This document shows, in pieces, positions 40,421 through 51,700 of a DNA stretch of 64,000 bases (position 1 is its first letter; each line of letters starts with the position of its first letter). The DNA comes from Bacteroidetes bacterium UBA6183 (GTDB taxonomy: Bacteria > Bacteroidota > Bacteroidia > UKL13-3). The notes under the pieces were generated by a model, which was given only the letters and a program-made list of their open reading frames with translations, ran no database searches and was not told the DNA's origin. Made by a program: the position numbers and the translations under genes. The stretch covers positions 12,661 through 76,660 of the forward strand of contig DITN01000094.1 in the NCBI GenBank assembly GCA_002422865.1. The letters are read 5' to 3'.

Positions 40421-41488
40421 ATGCCAGTTACGAAAGTTGATGTAAGTACGTTTTTAGAACTAGCCAAAAGCAATCCTGTTTTTGATGTACGCAGTCCGCA
40501 GGAATATGCTTATGCGCATATACCCGGTTCTCTATCATTGCCTATTTTTAATGATGAACAGCGTGCCGAAATTGGAACTACCTACAAACAAATTAGCAGG
40601 CAAGATGCTATAAAAATTGGCTTGAAATATTTTGGTCCACAACTAAATACTTATGTAAGCATAGTTGAAGAGACGCTTAAAAAATATACAAGTAACAACA
40701 ACCAAAAAGTATTGGTGCATTGCTGGCGTGGCGGTATGCGTAGTGGCGCTATGGCTTGGTTGCTTGGTTTTTATGGGTTTGATGTGGTGTTGTTAGAGGG
40801 TGGTTACAAAGCCTACCGTAATGATGTACTACATCGGTTGGGCTTACCCTACCAATTTAATGTATTAGGCGGATATACCGGAAGCGGTAAAACGGAAGTT
40901 TTGTTGGAACTTAAAAAGCAGCATCATGCCGTTATCGATTTAGAAGGTATTGCTTGTCATAAGGGTTCTTCGTTTGGTGCACTGGGCATGAAAGAACAGC
41001 CATCACAAGAGCAGTTCGAAAATAATTTGGCCCAGGAATTAACAGGGTATTTTCACATAGATGAAGCTCAAAATTTTCATCAACCCAAACCTATTTGGAT
41101 TGAAAATGAAAGCCAACGTATTGGTTTAATCAACCTGCCTAAACCATTTTATGAAACCATTTTAGTAGGTAAAGTATTTGTGTTAAATATTCCTTTTGAT
41201 GAACGTTTAAAGTTTATTACCGAGTACTACGGAAAATTTGATAAGGATAAGTTGGTTACCGGCATTATGCGCATACAAAAACGTCTGGGTGGACTGGATA
41301 CCAAAAATGCCATCAACTTTTTGTTAGAAGGTGATGTTACATCATGCTTTAAAATTTTGTTGAGTTATTACGATAAACAATACCAGCAATCTGCTGAAAA
41401 AAATTCAAGGCAAGCAATAATCATTCAATCTGTTGTGGTTCATGCAAAAGCCAATGCTTCATTACTTTTAAACCCCGATGTAAAATAA
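40421..41488 (+). CDS. mnmH: tRNA 2-selenouridine synthase (SelU/MnmH): rhodanese domain + P-loop
   Basis: 355 aa. Rhodanese active site 'HCWRGGMRS' and P-loop 'GGYTGSGKT'. Confidence 0.8.
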   Translation: MPVTKVDVSTFLELAKSNPVFDVRSPQEYAYAHIPGSLSLPIFNDEQRAEIGTTYKQISRQDAIKIGLKYFGPQLNTYVSIVEETLKKYTSNNNQKVLVHCWRGGMRSGAMAWLLGFYGFDVVLLEGGYKAYRNDVLHRLGLPYQFNVLGGYTGSGKTEVLLELKKQHHAVIDLEGIACHKGSSFGALGMKEQPSQEQFENNLAQELTGYFHIDEAQNFHQPKPIWIENESQRIGLINLPKPFYETILVGKVFVLNIPFDERLKFITEYYGKFDKDKLVTGIMRIQKRLGGLDTKNAINFLLEGDVTSCFKILLSYYDKQYQQSAEKNSRQAIIIQSVVVHAKANASLLLNPDVK

Positions 41489-41489
41489 G

Positions 41490-42536
41490 ATGACACCTAT
41501 TAAATTAACTCAATTTGCCAAGGGTGCAGGTTGTGGTTGTAAAATTGCCCCCTCGGTTTTAGAAAGTATTTTATCATCAAGCCGTATCTCTTCACTAGTC
41601 AACACCAATTTAATGGTAGGTAACAGCAGTAACGATGATGCTGCTGTTTACAATTTAGGAAATGGTTCGGCATTAATTGTTACAGCCGATTTTTTTATGC
41701 CTATTGTGGATGATGCATTTACGTTTGGACAGGTAGCTGCTGCAAATGCATTAAGTGATGTATATGCAATGGGCGGTAAACCAATTACTGCAATTGCAAT
41801 ATTGGGTTGGCCTATTGATAAAATTCCGGCAGAAGTTGCTGCTCAAGTAATGGATGGAGCAAGATCAATTTGCGAAAAGGCTGGCATTGTTATTTCTGGT
41901 GGACATACCATTGATGCACCCGAGCCATTTTTTGGTTTATCTGTAAACGGTTTGGCTCAAATTCAACACATCAAACAAAACAATACTGCTCAAGAAGGGG
42001 ATGTAATTTTATTAACTAAACCCATTGGTGTTGGGATATTGGCTACTGCACAAAAGCGTGGCTTAATAACAGATGAGCACCAAGATATTTTAGAGAAGCA
42101 ACTTGCCCGACTAAATGATTTTGGTGAGCTATTGGGTAAAGAAAAAGCAGTGCATGCCATGACTGATGTTACCGGATTTGGCTTGCTTGGTCATTTGGTT
42201 GAAATGAGCGAGGGAAGTGGTTTAACCGCTGAAATCACGTACGCATCAATACCCAAAATACAAGCGGCAATTGATTACGCAAAACAAGGAATTTTACCTG
42301 ATGCGACTTATAGAAACTGGAATGCTTATGGTGATAAAATAAACTTATTACCAAGTGTTGATGCCACCGAAGCTTTTATGCTTTTACCCGATCCGCAAAC
42401 CAACGGAGGTTTATTAATTGCGGTAGATTCGAGTGCAGTTGATGATATCATTAAACTGGCCGAAGCAAATGGTGTGCAAGCTTCACAAATTGGTTTATTT
42501 ACTACCAAGGCTGATAAAACGATTAACGTAATTTAG
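41490..42536 (+). CDS. selD: Selenide, water dikinase (selenophosphate synthetase), Cys-type
   Basis: 348 aa. N-terminal 'GAGCGCKIAP' (Cys at the Sec/Cys position) and an AIR-synthase-like fold. Adjacent to selU. Confidence 0.85.
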   Translation: MTPIKLTQFAKGAGCGCKIAPSVLESILSSSRISSLVNTNLMVGNSSNDDAAVYNLGNGSALIVTADFFMPIVDDAFTFGQVAAANALSDVYAMGGKPITAIAILGWPIDKIPAEVAAQVMDGARSICEKAGIVISGGHTIDAPEPFFGLSVNGLAQIQHIKQNNTAQEGDVILLTKPIGVGILATAQKRGLITDEHQDILEKQLARLNDFGELLGKEKAVHAMTDVTGFGLLGHLVEMSEGSGLTAEITYASIPKIQAAIDYAKQGILPDATYRNWNAYGDKINLLPSVDATEAFMLLPDPQTNGGLLIAVDSSAVDDIIKLAEANGVQASQIGLFTTKADKTINVI

Positions 42537-42540
42537 TTGA

Positions 42541-45500
42541 TTATTTTTTAAGTTGCATTGCCTCGTCTAATGTAACTTTTCGTCCGTTGTAGTAAGCTGA
42601 TATAAATGCATCTTCAAATCCTCTGGCACTTAATTCGGTTAGTGTTTTAATACAATCAGTTTCGTTGATAAACTGACCAGACGTAATTCGTACAAAGTTA
42701 TTACCTATCACCTCAAACATGATATCGTTTATGTTATTAAACGAACTAGGGTTTAATGGTTTCATAAATGCACCAATTTGTACGGTATAAATTAAACCAC
42801 GTGTATTGGCAACGTCAATTTTATTGCGTAAGAAATTATCTAGAACATCATCTGTTATGGCAACAGGCTCTTGTGTTATTGGGTTATTTCTAACTACTGC
42901 AGGTGCTTTAGCCGGCAAAGGCTTACTAACTATAGTTGTTGTAGTATCTAACTTGTTAATATTTGTTCTTGAATTAGTATTGCCGTTATTACTATTAACA
43001 GAACTGCTACTATCGGCATTTTGTGTCTCTCCGTTTGCATTAAACTTCTTAATAGCAACTTTTCTTCTCTTTTCTATAATATTAAACGTAACAAAAATGC
43101 TTTCTACATCCTTGTCTATTTTAACATGTATGTTATTTTCCATCAAACGATACCTTGTACCGAGTACCTTTTCATCAAAAATTATTTTGTAATCGCCATA
43201 TGGTGCATAAAAAATAAACGAACCATCATTTTCTGTTAGTGTATGAACTGTTTTGCCATTTTCTGCAGTTATTTTAATACCACCAATCTCTGGTATAAGT
43301 TCCATTTTTTGTGATAGTAAATCCCTGTCAACAACAACTTTTCCGTATATTTTTACACCTTTTACAAATGGTATTGATATGTATTCGTTATCCAAGTGGT
43401 TGCGTGTTATTAATATGGTATCTGCAATATCGGGGAAGTAGTCTTTTACTTCATCTAAACTAAACGCTGAAAACTCGTATAAACCTCCTGGCATATTTTT
43501 TAACCATGCGTCACCTTTTTCATTGGTTAATACATCCCACCCATTAATTCTTACAACTACATTTTCTAAAAGGTACTCGTCATTGTCTCTTTTTTTATTT
43601 CCGTTTACATCTACAAACGCTTTAATGTTGGCCGAATAATAGTTGCTTTTTGAGAATGGATTCTTAATACCAAAAGCCTTTCTTACGCCAATATTGGCCA
43701 TTATATTTTGAGAAATAACAGCAGATTCCTCAGAGAATATACTTGTTGAACCAGCCGGTACAATTAAAACTCCCGAGTTGTTTGTGCTAGCCAAGTAGTA
43801 GCCAATTTGAAGTCGGAATCGCCAGTCGTTATTGGTATAAAAACTTAGCTCTGGCATGTAGCTAAGTGTTTGGCGTTGATTTAAGTTGTAATAGGTATAA
43901 CTTAAAAACTGCTGTAAGATAAAATGTGAATCACGAAATTGGTACTGATAGTTAATATTGGCATTTACCATTTGTGGTGCAAAAACTATATTATTTGTGC
44001 TAAATCCAGCCGAACCAATATTACCATAAGAGTACCTTAAAAATCCCGATAGTACTTTATAACGCATCATTCCAAACATTTGGAAAAAGAAGTAATTATT
44101 TACTGGAGATAAAAACATTGGTTTTGAGTATCCTGCCATTACAGCTCCTGAGTAGAGTTTATTTTTGTCGTATTCAAAATTACCTACGTTAAAACTTAAA
44201 CCTCTAGAGCGAATTTCGTTGTTGTTAATTTCTGTAATATTGTAAAATCCTGCCATAGAAATAAACCCGCTATTATAAGTGTGGTTAACCGATAATTGGT
44301 TGTTTATGTTCAAATAGCTTGTTCCACCTATAGTACTGGGTGTTTGTGAGAAGTATAATATCCTTTTATTAAAATTACTGTTTAGTTGTAAACCTAATCT
44401 TTTTTGGGTATTATAGGTTGTATTAAACGTACCTATCCACCCATCACCATTATTTAAATAATTAAAGTTTCTTGATATATAGGTTAATGATGTAGTGTTA
44501 TTAAGTTGTTTTCTTTTCAGATATTGACCGGAATAGCTGCCCCTTACTATGTAGCCTGATGTATTAGTACCATTGTTTAATCTGTTATCAGATAGCATCC
44601 CGCCAAAGGTTATAGATTGGCTTTTTAAAAATGATTTACTGGTGTTAATACCCCAGTAATCGGCCACGTATCCCGAAACCGCACTATAATCTGCTCTGGT
44701 ATATGCCGTATTTATAGAAAATGTTTTTACTTTAAAACCATACGAAATTCCGTAACCTTCTCTTTGGTTAAATGATAAAGGAGAAGTGTTAAATAAGCCG
44801 GGGCTTCGTGTATAAAATGCACCAACGCTATGGTTTTTATTAATTCGGTAAAGAGCCCCAGCTCCTCTTCCGGGAACAGGCATAGTTGCGCCAACCTCTG
44901 GTATGCCACTAATATTGCCTAGTGTAACGGTGTATTTACTGTTACTTACACCAACAAAATAATTAGTATAATCAAGGTAGTTTGGAGTGTAATAATTGCT
45001 TGTAAAAAAGGTTTGTAATTGATAGTTTACAATTGTACCATTATCAAAGGTTGTATTGCCACGCATAAATATGTTTGCCAATGGAGCTCCGGTAGCAATG
45101 CTGTTAATGTTCGCTTCAACTGTTAGCGGAAAATAGGAGTAGCCATAAGGCGTAACTTTAATTTCATTACCAAGTTGTACAAAATCTACTTTTTTACTTT
45201 TTTGCAGGGCTTTGTTACCAAGTGTTTTCGATTCTGATGTTTTAACGTAAATGCTGTGTGTTTTGGTTTCGTCTGTAGACATTGGTCGGTACGATTCCGT
45301 ATCAACAAAACGTTGGTTTCTTACACCCTCTGTGGTACTAATGTTGTAAGTAAACGTAGTATCACTACCTACAGGCAATACATAATCTATAAATTTTCCT
45401 TGTACAATTTTACCTAAGCTGTCAGTAACTGATATACTTGTTCGATAGTTGTCTATCGACATAGAAATGGGCTGTTCCTCGTTTCCGCTATTGTATACGG

Positions 45501-46044
45501 TGTAGGTAAGTTTTGTTTTATGCTCTTTATTTTTGAAGTAGATTCTGTTTTTTTGATTCAGGCTAATATCCCAATTACTCAATCTGTTTCTGTAGGCAAA
45601 AAAACTCATCGAACCAATTAGTGGTCCGGCTTCGTCTGTAATGTAAACAGTTAATAAATATTTTGTATTGCCTTTTATTTTTCCATTAGGTATGATGGAT
45701 GCGGGTAGGTATAAAACCTCACCACCTTTTATTTGGTAAACCCGATCTGAAAAAGCGGTACGTTTCCATTCTGGTGGGGCTGATATGTTTATTCTGATGC
45801 TTTTTACTTTGTCCTCCAGGTTATAAAGAATAACCGTTTTTGAAATAATCTCGCCTGGATTTATGGTTACCGTACTATCATCCATAAAAAAGGCAACTGT
45901 TGTGCCTTCGGGGCGTAATATAGGAACTCCATTAACCATAGTATCCAATTGCGCAAAAGCATATTTATTGCACGAAATAAGCAGCGCAACCAACAGTAGC
46001 TTTTGGCAGATATGATGGGTTATAATGGATTTTACAAATTGCAT
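42541..46044 (-). CDS. Large secreted/outer-membrane beta-rich protein (1167 aa) with C-terminal SPOR (peptidoglycan-binding) domain
   Basis: Signal peptide. Beta-strand-rich, Tyr/Asn/Ser/Gly-heavy central region. C-terminal 'GLIYTVQIGAF...FISAYYNGRKVTLDEA' has a SPOR-like pattern. Confidence 0.6.
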   Translation of the reverse strand: MQFVKSIITHHICQKLLLVALLISCNKYAFAQLDTMVNGVPILRPEGTTVAFFMDDSTVTINPGEIISKTVILYNLEDKVKSIRINISAPPEWKRTAFSDRVYQIKGGEVLYLPASIIPNGKIKGNTKYLLTVYITDEAGPLIGSMSFFAYRNRLSNWDISLNQKNRIYFKNKEHKTKLTYTVYNSGNEEQPISMSIDNYRTSISVTDSLGKIVQGKFIDYVLPVGSDTTFTYNISTTEGVRNQRFVDTESYRPMSTDETKTHSIYVKTSESKTLGNKALQKSKKVDFVQLGNEIKVTPYGYSYFPLTVEANINSIATGAPLANIFMRGNTTFDNGTIVNYQLQTFFTSNYYTPNYLDYTNYFVGVSNSKYTVTLGNISGIPEVGATMPVPGRGAGALYRINKNHSVGAFYTRSPGLFNTSPLSFNQREGYGISYGFKVKTFSINTAYTRADYSAVSGYVADYWGINTSKSFLKSQSITFGGMLSDNRLNNGTNTSGYIVRGSYSGQYLKRKQLNNTTSLTYISRNFNYLNNGDGWIGTFNTTYNTQKRLGLQLNSNFNKRILYFSQTPSTIGGTSYLNINNQLSVNHTYNSGFISMAGFYNITEINNNEIRSRGLSFNVGNFEYDKNKLYSGAVMAGYSKPMFLSPVNNYFFFQMFGMMRYKVLSGFLRYSYGNIGSAGFSTNNIVFAPQMVNANINYQYQFRDSHFILQQFLSYTYYNLNQRQTLSYMPELSFYTNNDWRFRLQIGYYLASTNNSGVLIVPAGSTSIFSEESAVISQNIMANIGVRKAFGIKNPFSKSNYYSANIKAFVDVNGNKKRDNDEYLLENVVVRINGWDVLTNEKGDAWLKNMPGGLYEFSAFSLDEVKDYFPDIADTILITRNHLDNEYISIPFVKGVKIYGKVVVDRDLLSQKMELIPEIGGIKITAENGKTVHTLTENDGSFIFYAPYGDYKIIFDEKVLGTRYRLMENNIHVKIDKDVESIFVTFNIIEKRRKVAIKKFNANGETQNADSSSSVNSNNGNTNSRTNINKLDTTTTIVSKPLPAKAPAVVRNNPITQEPVAITDDVLDNFLRNKIDVANTRGLIYTVQIGAFMKPLNPSSFNNINDIMFEVIGNNFVRITSGQFINETDCIKTLTELSARGFEDAFISAYYNGRKVTLDEAMQLKK

Positions 46045-46683
46045 TTAGTTACCCTCAGTAAGGCAAAAACGTACGTTAAGTCTGTAAATACCAGGTTGAA
46101 TGTTTAATGTTGGTTTTAGCTTGTAGTCAATAGCAAAACTGTATTCGCCATAATTGGTTAAATAACTTCCGGGTCTGTTTACATTAATGCCCGAGCATGT
46201 ACCTGCATTATTGCTTGTTCCCGGTGTTTCTACAATATCTAAATTGGTGGCTGTTGAGGAAAGGTTGGCGTAATTGCTTCCGGTTAAACTGGTATTGCAT
46301 TGGTTTCTGAAACGCATTTCCAGTATATCAACCGCAGGAAGTGGAGCTGATGATGAACCGTAAGCATATACTTGTTCCCATTGGGTGGCTGCACCGCCAT
46401 TGTTATCCATGTGCACATTTAATCGCCAACGGCAATCATCAGCCGGTGCAGTATTTTCCTCAATAGCAAGTTTTAATATGTTAACACCAAATAAATTTGA
46501 ACCTACAATAAAGTCACCAAAAGATTGAAAGGTGAAATTAATGGTAGGTTCACCGGTAACAATATATTGCGAACCCGCACCTGTTGGTTTACAGTTTGAG
46601 GTTAACGATAAATTACAGTTTGCCTGAGCATTTACTTTGGACATAACAATAAAAATGGAACAGCAGCATAAAAACCATTTCAT
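46045..46683 (-). CDS. Secreted hypothetical protein (likely start MKWFLCC...; the ORF extends to 46728)
   Basis: Signal peptide 'MKWFLCCCSIFIVMSKVNAQ'. The start of the downstream gene is adjacent (46044/46045). Confidence 0.5.
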   Translation of the reverse strand: MKWFLCCCSIFIVMSKVNAQANCNLSLTSNCKPTGAGSQYIVTGEPTINFTFQSFGDFIVGSNLFGVNILKLAIEENTAPADDCRWRLNVHMDNNGGAATQWEQVYAYGSSSAPLPAVDILEMRFRNQCNTSLTGSNYANLSSTATNLDIVETPGTSNNAGTCSGINVNRPGSYLTNYGEYSFAIDYKLKPTLNIQPGIYRLNVRFCLTEGN

Positions 46684-46761
46684 AGTGGTTGGTATTAATA
46701 GCCCTTGTAAATACATAAAGCCAGGCATGTATTGCCCGGCCTCATGTATTACATTTAAATG

Positions 46762-47628
46762 TTATTGATCTTGAGCTAAAATATATTTTACATACATGGT
46801 GTAAACACCAGGGTTTGCATATACCGCTCCATCAGCTGTAAGACTTGTAGCTCCATCGGCAGCTATGATGTATGGTGCTGTAGCATTAACAGCATTCGCA
46901 GCTAAGTGTGCAGGGAAAGTAACCGGTAAGTTAGGTAAAATGCGGTAATCAAGTACATAACGATAAGCACTTGAGTTAGCATTTTGATTACCAATTAAAT
47001 AACTACCACCTAAGACAGAGCAATTAGCAGCTGTACCTGTACCACCAGCAATATACTTTTCTGATGTTGCTGCAGCATTGGTTGATGTTGGTGCTGTGTA
47101 TGGTGACGCAGGAGAAGGGCAATAAATAGAATTGTTAGCGCCTGTCATTACCGAAGTACCTGGAGTAACTACCGGCTGGAATGGGGTTGAATAATCACTC
47201 GATCCTGCAAATGTAGTGGCACATGTAGCTGCAATAGAAGGATTAGCCGGGAACTGACGAAGTTCTAACGCTGTTAAAGGAAGTTCGTCAACCGATGCTG
47301 GAGTTGGTGTTGCATACTCTACAGGATTATCCCATAAAAAACTACCCTCTTGTCCTTGAGATAAACCGGCAGCCCATAAGTCGAAACTTACAGTTGAGCT
47401 TACTTTAAGCACAGTAGCACCATACTTTACAATACCTGCATAGTACTCGTTAATTTCATCAAATGTAAAATCTAGTTGGTCCGGACCTTCCATTTTTAGT
47501 TGAAGAATAGGTTGTAGATCCATGGTAATGGTCACGTTTTTTTCCTCTTGCAATTGCGCAAAAGCAACGTTACTTGCAACAATGGCTCCCAGAGCCAAAA
47601 TTGTTTTTTTTAGGGGGGTAGTTTTCAT
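46762..47628 (-). CDS. Secreted hypothetical protein (288 aa), Ala/Thr/Ser-rich
   Basis: Signal peptide 'MKTTPLKKTILALGAIVASNVAFAQ'. There is a C6+A8 tract within the first 12 codons. Confidence 0.5.
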   Translation of the reverse strand: MKTTPLKKTILALGAIVASNVAFAQLQEEKNVTITMDLQPILQLKMEGPDQLDFTFDEINEYYAGIVKYGATVLKVSSTVSFDLWAAGLSQGQEGSFLWDNPVEYATPTPASVDELPLTALELRQFPANPSIAATCATTFAGSSDYSTPFQPVVTPGTSVMTGANNSIYCPSPASPYTAPTSTNAAATSEKYIAGGTGTAANCSVLGGSYLIGNQNANSSAYRYVLDYRILPNLPVTFPAHLAANAVNATAPYIIAADGATSLTADGAVYANPGVYTMYVKYILAQDQ

Positions 47629-47648
47629 ATAATCTATAATTTAGATGT

Positions 47649-48551
47649 TTATTTTTTGGGTGGATTAGATGCTATAATTTCAAATTCAATTTCTGCAGCG
47701 TCAAGTGTCTCGTCACTGCCAAAGTCGAGAATTACCGAGCCTATATATTTTCCCGGAGGAAGTTCACCTGGAAGTGGAAAGTCAAAGTTTCTTTCCATTT
47801 TAGGAAAAATGGTAAATTGTTTAGATGAAAGTTTGGTTTTGTATCCGTTATTAATGTTGGTAAGCTCAATGTACATTTTAGAGAACCCTAATCCATCGCC
47901 TACGTTTTTTGCACTTGCATGAATGGTACCTCTGCTTGTAATATTAGCATTTGATTGGTCGTTACTAACATACTTAAGTTTGGTTAACTCTAATTTGTTT
48001 ACCTTTACGTTAGGTGGGTTTTGAAACATATAAACAGCAAAGCCAAATGTTGGAATAATCCCCATAGCCATATTTTTTCCATCAGAGTTCTTAGGGGTGA
48101 TGGCTTGGCGTTCTTTCATCTCATCAATTACAAGCATAGCCCAACCTGCTCTGTAGGCATTGGAAGAGTCTGGCACAGACAACGTAATAGCAACTTTCTT
48201 TGCTTCACCAGGTTTCAACTCAATAAAACTTGGCGAAATGCTTATCCATTTTGACAAGCCGTATTCATGAAAAATATTTGTCGGAAGTTGCTTAACTGAT
48301 CCTCTATCATTCATATCGTAATCAGCAATACTAATTTTAAACTTCTCTATTTTTTTTGTATCGTTTGTTATAGTTACATACTTAACATCACTGTAACCAG
48401 GTATGGTATTAAATTTAACCATGGCTGGCGCTACAGCAACACCCATATCGGTTATCGTGTCTTTAATTATAGGTTTTGAGTTTTCTTGAGCGGTGATATT
48501 TGTGCTAAACAACAACCCTACTATACCCAATATTGTAAATGCTTTTCTCAT
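47649..48551 (-). CDS. Secreted hypothetical protein (300 aa), Ig-like/beta-sandwich-looking
   Basis: Signal peptide 'MRKAFTILGIVGLLFSTNITAQ'. Confidence 0.5.
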   Translation of the reverse strand: MRKAFTILGIVGLLFSTNITAQENSKPIIKDTITDMGVAVAPAMVKFNTIPGYSDVKYVTITNDTKKIEKFKISIADYDMNDRGSVKQLPTNIFHEYGLSKWISISPSFIELKPGEAKKVAITLSVPDSSNAYRAGWAMLVIDEMKERQAITPKNSDGKNMAMGIIPTFGFAVYMFQNPPNVKVNKLELTKLKYVSNDQSNANITSRGTIHASAKNVGDGLGFSKMYIELTNINNGYKTKLSSKQFTIFPKMERNFDFPLPGELPPGKYIGSVILDFGSDETLDAAEIEFEIIASNPPKK

Positions 48552-48670
48552 TCTGTTCCGTTATGTTCAAGCAATTTAACGGTGGCAAGTGAAACAGCAA
48601 TTCCGTATGCATAAAGTGGTGCAAAACGTTTAAATAGTAATACAATTGGTACATGCTTATGTACTAAAAA

Positions 48671-48691
48671 GCCCCCGCTACAGGCGGGGGC
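48671..48691 (-). terminator. Strong rho-independent terminator after the giant adhesin gene (GCCCCCGC-tacag-GCGGGGGC, flanked by AAA/TTT)
   Basis: Perfect 8-bp GC stem 25 nt downstream of the stop at 48716. Confidence 0.7.
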
Positions 48692-48715
48692 TTTAAATAA
48701 AGTGTGAGTATGAGT

Positions 48716-51700
48716 TTAGTTTTTTACCACCTTACGGGTAACAATCCACTCGTTGTTTTTGTCTTTTATTTGAATGATGTAAACACCTTGCTCAACACTT
48801 GTTAAATCTACTTTCTCATTTAACTTGCCAAAGCCTTGTATGTTTTTAGTGCTAATCAGTTTCATATGTGTGTCGTAGATTTTTACTTCAGCACCACCGT
48901 TTAACACTTCAACATCCGACCAGATATTTACATAGTCTCCAGTAGGTATCGGAGCCATAAATACGTAATCACTTACTGTGCTAACAATGGTGTTATCTTC
49001 ACTTAATTGCCTAACTGCCGAGTATGTAAAGGTGTTATCCATATCAATCATTTTTAAGCGATAGTAGTTTACCATACCTTTTACAAATCCGGCATCGGTA
49101 TATTCGTAATTCACTTGTAAGTTGCTGTTTCCTATTGCTTTAACTGTACCTAGCTTTTTAAAGTTAACGTTATCCAAACTATGTTCAATTTCAAACCTAC
49201 TACTGTTTTTCTCTGTTGCAGTAGTCCAGTTTAAAACGGCTTGAGTTTCTTTGTTTAATTTGGCGGTAAACTTACTTACAGTTACCGGTAATACGTTGGT
49301 ATTTTCAATTATAATTCTAAACCTGTTATTACCAAAAGTAGCTGTATTGCTTGTGTTGATGTTGAAACTATAAATGCCATTAAGAACGATAGGTGTTACA
49401 CTATTTAGGTAATTATCTTTTAAGTAATAATTAAACCCTGTTGCTGCAGGTAGTTTATTAAAGGTAAACGTATGTAAACCGTTTGTTCCACCAGTATACA
49501 ACTTAACAGTATCGCTTGCTGTGGTAATTTGTGGCCTTGCATCTAAAGAGTGTGGCACATTATCGCTACCAAAGCTGTAAATATCATTAGCCCCATTGTT
49601 CATTCTACCGATGTCAAATAAGTCATCGTTGTTTGTAGCACTGGCTTTAAATTTAATAATAAACTGATCATAGTTAAACGAATCACTACGCATAGTAATC
49701 AATAACTCATCTGTAGGGTTTCCGGTTTTGAACAAACTGTTGCTTGACGATGTTGATTTAAAAGATTCGTAAAACTGTAATGATGGACTAGTTCCCGTTG
49801 CTTTTATAAAAAATGCTTGCCCCGGAGCTATAATTCCGTTTGTTAGCGTTCCGCTAGAAGAGGCTGCGTTGTAGCTTTTGTAGTTATTACCAACTGGATC
49901 ATAAACATACACTTCAGGACGTATTTTGTTATAGAAAGTTCCGGTAAACCCTGAGTTTCCCGTTCTCCACATGGAACCCCAATCAAATGCTGCTGCATAA
50001 GGGTTACCTAATAAATTCCATCCATCGTCACTTGAGCTACCGGTAGAAGTGAAGGTAATAGGCATTGTAACATATTGCTGGTTTAAAGAACCTGCAACCT
50101 CTAATGTTACGGCATTTTGCGAAGTGTTACTGCCAGTTAACCTGGCTGGGTCGCTTCTGTCTCCACGAACAAATACGCGATAACCTCTACCAACTGTAAA
50201 GGCCATGTTAATATTTGATGGGGCAGTCCAACCTTGATTTAAGTTACCTGTAGTTGCCTCATTGTAATAGTATACACTTGGTGAGTTATTACCTGTTGCA
50301 TCAAAACCATTTGTTGCTCCTCCTGTTCCCGTTATAAAAATATCATCTTTCCAATCGGCTAAAGTTCCACCGCTTATTGGCGCTGCCATAAATCTCCAAC
50401 GTCTCTGACTTGAAGGGATGTAACGCTCTACGGTAACACTTCCTGTTATACTTGCATCAGGTCCCATCTCTGCAACAACAGCTGTGCTACTTGCTGTTGA
50501 AGCTAAGGTAAGATTACCTCCAGTTGCAAATACACCATCATCGCAGGTAAGCATTTCTGTTATTCTCAGTGCTCCTCCTAATGTAACGGTACCCGTGTTA
50601 TTAATTTTTATTCTTGCAGCAGCATTCGAATTAAATAGTCCTGATGGAATTGTTTGGTTGCTATTTCCGAAAAACTCAACCTCACCTGCGGTGTTGTTAA
50701 TGGTACCACTGCCACTTATGCTGCCTCTAATTCTTAGTGTACCTCCGCTTACATTAATTGTTTTGCCGGCACCTATGGTAATACCATTTGCTAAAATGGT
50801 TTTGCCTACACCAACATTCGGGTTATTGCCGCTGGAGATATCTACTACTGTGGAAGCTGTAGGTATAGTACCGCAACTCCAGTTGGCTGCATTACTTGGG
50901 TCGTCATCAATCGTTCCTAACCAGGTACCTGCCGGTGTTATGGTAGCAACAGTTGCTGCCGAAACAGAAGAACTACAAGCATTTTCTATAGCAATCACTG
51001 TATAACTTCCGGCTGTTGTTGCACTGTATGTAGTTCCGGTTGCAACATCAACACCATCTTTTTTCCATTGATAAGTTGTACCTCCACTAGCAGTTAGCAA
51101 TTGGCTTCCACCTGAGCAAAAAGCTACAGAACCACTAGGGCTAATACCTGCAGAAGGAATGCTATTAACAGTAACAACAATTGCAGTAGCAGGACTTGTT
51201 GATGTACATCCCTTATCACTGATAGCAAAAACATCATAGCTACCAGAAGTGGTTACTAATAATGGATTTGAAGTTGAGAAATTTACACCATCTTTTCTCC
51301 ATTGATAAGTATTGCCGCCTGTTGCAGTTAGGCTAACATTACCTCCATTACAGAAATTTGTTGCTCCTCCTGCAGAAGATCCGGCTGTAGGCAATGCGTT
51401 TATGGTTAATGTTGCATTGTTCGAGGTGGTATTTCCGCACGTATTCGTGATTGTAACACTGTAATCAGCCGCATCTGACAAGGTTAAGCTACTTAATACT
51501 AATGAGCTGCTAGTCGCACCTCCAATATCAACACCTCCTTTTTTCCATTGGTAACTTACAGCATCGGTGGCTGTAACAGTAAATGTAATATTGCCTCCAA
51601 CACATCTTTCTGCAGAGGTGGGTTGTGCTGTAATGGCAGGTAATTGATTAACAATAATTTCTTGGTGGTTTGAGTTTGTTTCAGGACAAACACCGTTTTT

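Noticed and set aside
41490-42536. Selenocysteine (TGA) recoding in selD
   Set aside because: The conserved N-terminal position is encoded as Cys (GAGCGCK). There is no in-frame TGA
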